A stretch of 64,000 nt of DNA, taken from positions 246,282-310,281 of the forward strand of contig CAZEUN010000001.1 in NCBI GenBank assembly GCA_964515595.1, in the 5' to 3' direction. Shown here piece after piece: positions 59,535 through 64,000 of this stretch. The position numbers and the translations under genes are program-made. Every line of letters begins with the position of its first letter. The first letter of the stretch is position 1. This DNA is from an uncultured Oleiharenicola sp. Lineage in GTDB: Bacteria > Verrucomicrobiota > Verrucomicrobiia > Opitutales > Opitutaceae. The notes under the pieces were generated by a model that saw only the letters and a program-made list of their open reading frames with translations, made no database searches and was not told the origin of the DNA.

Positions 59535-60749
59535 CTATTTGCTCAGCCCGAAGGCCTCGTGCGCGGCGCGGACGGCGTCGTCGGCCTTGGCCCGGTCGAT
59601 CGCGAGGGTGATCTTGATTTCCGACGTGCTGATCAACTGGATGTTGATGCCCTTCTCGCCGAGCGCGGTGAAGAGCGCCGCGGCCACGCCGGCGTGCGTG
59701 CGCATGCCGACGCCGACCACGGAGAGCTTGGCGATGTTGTCGAAGGCCTTGACCTCGCCGCCGCCGAGTTTCTTGAGCACGGCCGGCAGCACGCGCACGG
59801 CGTTCTGCGCGTCGTCGCGCTGCACGGTGAAGGTGATGTCGGCCGCGCCGGTGTGCGCCACGTTCTGGACGATCATGTCCACGTTGACATTGGCTTCGGC
59901 GAGCGCGGTGAAAACGATGGCGGCGGCGGACGGCTTGTCCGGCAGCCCGGTGATGACGACCTTGGCCTGGTCCTTGTCGACCGCGACCCCGCGGACGACG
60001 ACTTTTTCCATGGAGGCGACTTCTTCTTTCACGATGGTTCCCGGGTTGTGGTTAAAGCTGGAGCGGACCTCGAAGACGACGCCGTACTTCTTGGCGAATT
60101 CGACGGAGCGCGATTGCATGACCTTCGAGCCGAGGCTCGCGAGCTCGAGCATCTCGTCGTAGCTGATCTCATCGATCTTCTGCGCGGTCTTCACGATGCG
60201 CGGGTCGGTGGTGTAAACGCCGTCGACATCCGTGTAGATCTCGCACTTGTCCGCCTTGCACGCCGCGGCCAGCGCAATCGCCGTGAGGTCGGAGCCGCCG
60301 CGGCCGAGCGTGGTGATCTGGCCCGCCTCGTTGATGCCTTGAAAGCCGGCGACGATGCACACCTTGCCGGCCTTGAGGTCCTGCATGATGCCCTTTGGAG
60401 CGATCTGCTTGATCTTGGCCTTGGTGAAAACCTGGTCCGTGACGATGCCCGCCTGGGCGCCGGTGTAGGAAACGGCCGGCACCCCGATCGCATGCAGCGC
60501 CATGGCGGTCAGCGCGATGGTCTCCTGTTCGCCGATGGCGAGGAGCATGTCCATCTCGCGTGAGTCCGGCCGGTCGTTGATGGACTTGGCCCGGGCAATC
60601 AATTCGTTCGTCACGCCCGACCGGGCCGAGACGACCACCACGAGGCTGTGGCCTTCCGCCACCGATTTCTGAATGCGCTTCGCGACATTCTTGATGCGAT
60701 CGACGTCGCCCACCGAGGTGCCGCCGTATTTCTGAACGATGAGAGCCAT
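59535..60749 (-). CDS. lysC: Aspartate kinase (two ACT domains)
   Basis: VQKYGGTSVG, VVVVSA, TTLGRGGSDLTA, YTDVDGVYTTDPR, EMLELAS.G.KV, STSEIKI. Start MALIVQ (60749). Confidence 0.95.
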   Translation of the reverse strand: MALIVQKYGGTSVGDVDRIKNVAKRIQKSVAEGHSLVVVVSARSGVTNELIARAKSINDRPDSREMDMLLAIGEQETIALTAMALHAIGVPAVSYTGAQAGIVTDQVFTKAKIKQIAPKGIMQDLKAGKVCIVAGFQGINEAGQITTLGRGGSDLTAIALAAACKADKCEIYTDVDGVYTTDPRIVKTAQKIDEISYDEMLELASLGSKVMQSRSVEFAKKYGVVFEVRSSFNHNPGTIVKEEVASMEKVVVRGVAVDKDQAKVVITGLPDKPSAAAIVFTALAEANVNVDMIVQNVAHTGAADITFTVQRDDAQNAVRVLPAVLKKLGGGEVKAFDNIAKLSVVGVGMRTHAGVAAALFTALGEKGINIQLISTSEIKITLAIDRAKADDAVRAAHEAFGLSK

Positions 60750-60770
60750 GGATGAAGCCCGCTTAAATGG

Positions 60771-60970
60771 CTGACGCGGACCGGCTTTGGCAAGACACGA
60801 GTGCGGGCCTCGCGTCATAAGCCCACCGTGGAACCAGTTGCGGAAGCGCGGGATAAGATAGTCCTGAAGCTTGCTACGGCGCAATCATCGAAGCCGCGCT
60901 CAAGCTTGCCGCGTGTGGGTGAAGGAATTGGAATTGAAGTAGGCCCCTCAGGCTGGCCCGGTCCGGTCAG
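60771..60970. ncRNA. Candidate ~200-nt structured RNA (rod with internal bubble and side hairpins; 6S-like RNA or leader switch)
   Basis: Nested helices: 60771-60784/60958-60970, GGGCCT/AGGCCC, GCCCAC/GTGGGT, GCGCGG/CCGCGT, AAGCTTG/CAAGCTT. G-U wobbles favour the plus strand. Identity not established. Confidence 0.5.
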
Positions 60971-61015
60971 ATCGGACCGACTGCCGACATCACCCCCATC
61001 CAAGCGATGACTTTC

Positions 61016-61312
61016 TCAACGCTCCATGCTACCCAGCAGACGCCGCCCATGGATCACCGCGACAATGCGGACGACGTTCCCATCAATCTCATACAGCAGC
61101 CGGTATTCGTAGATAAACACTTCCCGAAAGTTCTCCCGTCCAATCTCCGGCACCACCCGGCCACGCCAAGGCAGGATCTGCAGGGCACGCCCTGCCGCCA
61201 GGATTTTTCCAACCACCGCGGAGGCATAACGCGGTGAGTCCTTCGCGATGTAGGCGGCAATGCCTTGCAGATCATCCCGGACCTGCGGCGACCAAGTTAC
61301 TTCAAAATCCAT
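61016..61312 (-). CDS. RelE/ParE-family type II toxin
   Basis: V.WS.Q...DL..I..YIA.DS..YA..V..KI...GR.VPE...RE.F...YRL.YEI...V.I.AVIHGRR. Confidence 0.88.
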   Translation of the reverse strand: MDFEVTWSPQVRDDLQGIAAYIAKDSPRYASAVVGKILAAGRALQILPWRGRVVPEIGRENFREVFIYEYRLLYEIDGNVVRIVAVIHGRRLLGSMER

Positions 61313-61485
61313 CTGGCCAGGTCCTGCTCCATGACGGCTTGCGATATGCCGCCCTCGGAGACGAGGCGTTGCTGGCCCAGCTTGATTTTCTCGAGCATGA
61401 ATAGGTGGTGCTGGATGTCCTCCAGCGTTGCATCATCGGGAAGTTTTTTAATCATCTCGACGGCCTCTGATTTGTCCGCGCCCAT
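61297..61485 (-). CDS. Cognate antitoxin (62 aa)
   Basis: Small acidic ORF upstream of and overlapping the toxin by 16 nt; LPDDATLEDI...KIK.G pattern. Confidence 0.75.
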   Translation of the reverse strand: MGADKSEAVEMIKKLPDDATLEDIQHHLFMLEKIKLGQQRLVSEGGISQAVMEQDLARWILK

Positions 61486-61559
61486 GCGCGGAACCTAGTC
61501 CGGGCATCACCAAAGTCCAGAGCGCTTTGGGCGGGCGCCAGCTGGGACGACATCGCCAA

Positions 61560-62246
61560 CTAAGCCGCCGGCTTCTTCGAGAACTTGTTCTCGGTGCCGG
61601 CGAGCAGGCGCTTGATGTTCTCGCGGTGGCGGAAGACGACGAACAGGCCGAGCAGGGTCACGACAATGTTGAGCGGGAGCGGATTGCCCAGGAGCCAGCC
61701 GGCGACCGGCACCACCACCGCGGCGATGATCGAGCCGAGCGAAACATAGCGGGTCGCATAAAACGTGATCACCCAAACGCCGGCGCCGATCAGGCAGGCG
61801 ACCGGCATCAGCACCAGCACGCCGCCGGCCGCCGTGGCGACGCCCTTGCCGCCCTTGAACTTGGTGAAGAGCGAAAACGAGTGCCCGAGCACGGCGCCGA
61901 TCACGCCCGCGAGTCCGAGCAGGCGCCAGTCGTCGCCATGGATCGTCGTGGCGCCGCCGCCCCGCTCCAAGTCGACCGACACGCTCAGCGTTGTCCAGGC
62001 GAGCAAGGCCCACGAGGAGGCGACCGCACCTTTCAAGGCATCCAGCGCGAAGACCAGGTTGCCGGCCCGCTTGCCCTTGGCGCCGAATTTCTCGCCCAGC
62101 ACCCGCTTGACGTTCGTCGCGCCGGGATTCCCGCTGCCCTCCTTGAAAATATCCACGCCGTGCGCCCGGGCTACCATCGCGCCGAACGGCAGTGACCCGA
62201 GCAGGTATCCGATGAAGGCTGAGGCGAAGAGCCAGACGTTGAACAT
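61560..62246 (-). CDS. plsY: Glycerol-3-phosphate acyltransferase PlsY
   Basis: YLLGSLPFG, GSGNPGATNV.R, DALKG, GHSFS.F..FKGGKGVAT, RHRENIKRL..G.E. Confidence 0.95.
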   Translation of the reverse strand: MFNVWLFASAFIGYLLGSLPFGAMVARAHGVDIFKEGSGNPGATNVKRVLGEKFGAKGKRAGNLVFALDALKGAVASSWALLAWTTLSVSVDLERGGGATTIHGDDWRLLGLAGVIGAVLGHSFSLFTKFKGGKGVATAAGGVLVLMPVACLIGAGVWVITFYATRYVSLGSIIAAVVVPVAGWLLGNPLPLNIVVTLLGLFVVFRHRENIKRLLAGTENKFSKKPAA

Positions 62247-63835
62247 CAGAGTTTGACCACCGCAGCCTGCTTGATGGCGCGATGACTGGTCAACTCCTTA
62301 AGGGCCGCCTCCGAAGGCGCACTGTCGAGATTCAGCACGCACAGCGCCGTGCCGCCGGCGTTGTTGCGGCTCAGCGACATGGCGGCGATGTTCACCCTGT
62401 CCCGGCCAAAGAGCGTCCCGACCATGCCGATGATGCCGGGCTCGTCGTGGTTCTCGTAAATGAGCAGGGTGCCCGCCGGCGACGCCTCCACCTCCCGGTC
62501 GTTCAACGCCACCAGGCGCGGCGCGTTGGCCTTGCCGAGGAGCGTGCCGCTGGCGCTGACGCTCGTGCCGTCCGCCGCGACCGCTTTCACCTCCATCAAT
62601 TCGGTGTAGTCGGTGTCGGCCGAGGACTTGATGACCTCGGACTTCACGCCGAGGCGGTCGAGGTTGAGCGGGGCGTTGACGTAGTTCACGCTCTCGCCGC
62701 TGATGCGGCGCAGGTAGCCGCGCTGGATCGACCGCGTGACCGCGGTGGCGTCGAGGTCGGCCATCCGGCCCCAGTACGTGATGCGCAGCGTGCTCACCGG
62801 ACCGGGGGCAATCTGCTGCACCAGCGTGCCCAGTTTCGCCCCGAGTTCGAGATACGGGCCGAGCACCTTCAACGCCGCCGCGTCGATCGTCGGCATGTTG
62901 ACGGCGTTGCGGATGACGCCGCCGTTAAGAACATCGGTGATCTGCTCGGCCACCTCGACGCCCACGGCGTCCTGCGCCTCGGCCGTGGAGGCGCCGAGAT
63001 GCGGGGTGAGCGTGACGTTCGGCAGCGTGCGCAGCTCGCTGTCCTTCGCGAGCGGCTCCTCTTCGAAAACATCGAGGCCGGCCGCCGCCACCTGGCCGGA
63101 CTTCAGCGCGGCGATCAACGCCGCCTCCTTGATGATGCCACCGCGCGCGCAGTTGAAGATGCGCAGGCCCTTCTTCGTTTTCGCGAAGGCCGCCTCATCG
63201 ATCATGTACTTGGTCTGGTCCGTCAGCGGCATGTGCACCGTGATGTAATCCGCCTGCTTCAGCAATTCGTCGAGCGTGACCGCCTCCACCTGGATCGCCT
63301 TGGCCCGGCTCGGCGCGAGGTAGGGATCGTAGGCCAGCACGCGCATGCCGAACGCCTGCGCGCGCTTCGCGACCTCGGCGCCGATGCGGCCAAGTCCGAC
63401 GATGCCCAGGTTCTTCTTGAAAAGCTCGATGCCCGAGAAGCTCTTGCGGTCCCACTGCCCCGCCCTCATCGACGCCGCGGCCTGCGGCACCGGGCGCGCC
63501 CCGCAGAGGAGATGGGTGAACGTGAGCTCCGCGGTGGCCACGGTATTGCCGGAGGGCGTGTTCATCACGATGACGCCCCGCTCGGTGGCCGCCTCGACAT
63601 CGACATTGTCGACGCCCACGCCGGCGCGTCCGACAACCTTCAGCAGCGGCGCCGCGGCGATCACCTCGGCGGTGATCTTCGTTTCCGAACGCACGGCGAT
63701 CGCGTGCACATCCTTGACGAGCTCGAGCAGTTTCGCCGGCGGCGTGTTGTAAGCCTCGACGACTTCGAAGCCGGGCTGGGCCCGAAAATAAGCGACGCCC
63801 GAAGGCGAGATTTTATCCGCGACCAGGATCTTCAT
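62246..63835 (-). CDS. serA: D-3-phosphoglycerate dehydrogenase (type I, ASB+ACT)
   Basis: VRSETK, GRAGVGVDNVD, GLGRIG, NCARGG, AGLDVFEEEP, TPHLGAST.EAQ, NIAAMSLSR. Start MKILVAD (63835). Confidence 0.96.
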   Translation of the reverse strand: MKILVADKISPSGVAYFRAQPGFEVVEAYNTPPAKLLELVKDVHAIAVRSETKITAEVIAAAPLLKVVGRAGVGVDNVDVEAATERGVIVMNTPSGNTVATAELTFTHLLCGARPVPQAAASMRAGQWDRKSFSGIELFKKNLGIVGLGRIGAEVAKRAQAFGMRVLAYDPYLAPSRAKAIQVEAVTLDELLKQADYITVHMPLTDQTKYMIDEAAFAKTKKGLRIFNCARGGIIKEAALIAALKSGQVAAAGLDVFEEEPLAKDSELRTLPNVTLTPHLGASTAEAQDAVGVEVAEQITDVLNGGVIRNAVNMPTIDAAALKVLGPYLELGAKLGTLVQQIAPGPVSTLRITYWGRMADLDATAVTRSIQRGYLRRISGESVNYVNAPLNLDRLGVKSEVIKSSADTDYTELMEVKAVAADGTSVSASGTLLGKANAPRLVALNDREVEASPAGTLLIYENHDEPGIIGMVGTLFGRDRVNIAAMSLSRNNAGGTALCVLNLDSAPSEAALKELTSHRAIKQAAVVKL

Positions 63836-63910
63836 GGGTCCGGTCAGGAAGCCGGGAGGAGCCGGCCAAGGCAACCTTCCGGCCGGGTTATGACTTAGGG
63901 CATGCGGGAA

Positions 63911-63938
63911 AACCTGAGACCTGAAACCTGAGACCTGA
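63911..63938. repeat. Four tandem heptamers (A/G)ACCTGA
   Basis: AACCTGA GACCTGA AACCTGA GACCTGA upstream of serA. Confidence 0.7.
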
Positions 63939-64000
63939 GTCGATCCGGTTTAGCGGCGGGAAACGGCCCACCGCACCGGCAACTCAGTTTGCTTAGCGCT

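Noticed and set aside
60750-61015. Lysine riboswitch, tmRNA, SRP RNA or RNase P identity for the structured intergenic region
   Set aside because: No L-box core motifs, no tRNA-like 3' end or tag ORF, no SRP GGAAGGAAGCAG loop and no GAGGAAAGUCC. Only a short AGCCCACCG similarity to RNase P was seen, so it is left as an unassigned candidate.

Overview
High-GC bacterial chromosome segment, most consistent with an Opitutaceae-like verrucomicrobium. This is an inference from the 'LVLSPFEV' TonB-receptor N-terminus, the LacI type and the intergenic repeat families. Bases 1-43.7 kb form one large polysaccharide-utilisation locus. On the minus strand it encodes a heparinase II/III-like lyase, a TonB-dependent receptor with no SusD-like partner, four tandem secreted PL1 pectate-lyase-like paralogs, an M14-like peptidase and a GH36 alpha-galactosidase. 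Three of the four PL1 paralogs carry a 159-183 aa module inserted inside the beta-helix. On the plus strand are a LacI regulator and a ~17 kb catabolic run (2x DUF2264, 2-hydroxyacid dehydrogenase, 2x sodium:solute symporter, 2x Gfo/Idh/MocA, TIM-barrel epimerase, CE15, cellulase-like protein, GH109, GH1), converging on a GH105. A CACATGTG-centred motif recurs in six intergenic regions of the locus and is a candidate operator. Bases 44-64 kb are mostly housekeeping genes (parA-like, ABC-2 permeases, rnc, mfd, SurA-like PPIase, radC, tRNA-Tyr, cls, desaturase, thrC, aspartate kinase, plsY, serA). This part also holds a ParE-type toxin-antitoxin pair, several REP/MITE-like repeat families and a ~200 nt rod-like structured RNA candidate directly upstream of aspartate kinase. 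No CRISPR array, rRNA, integrase or transposase was seen. All alignments and folds were done by eye.
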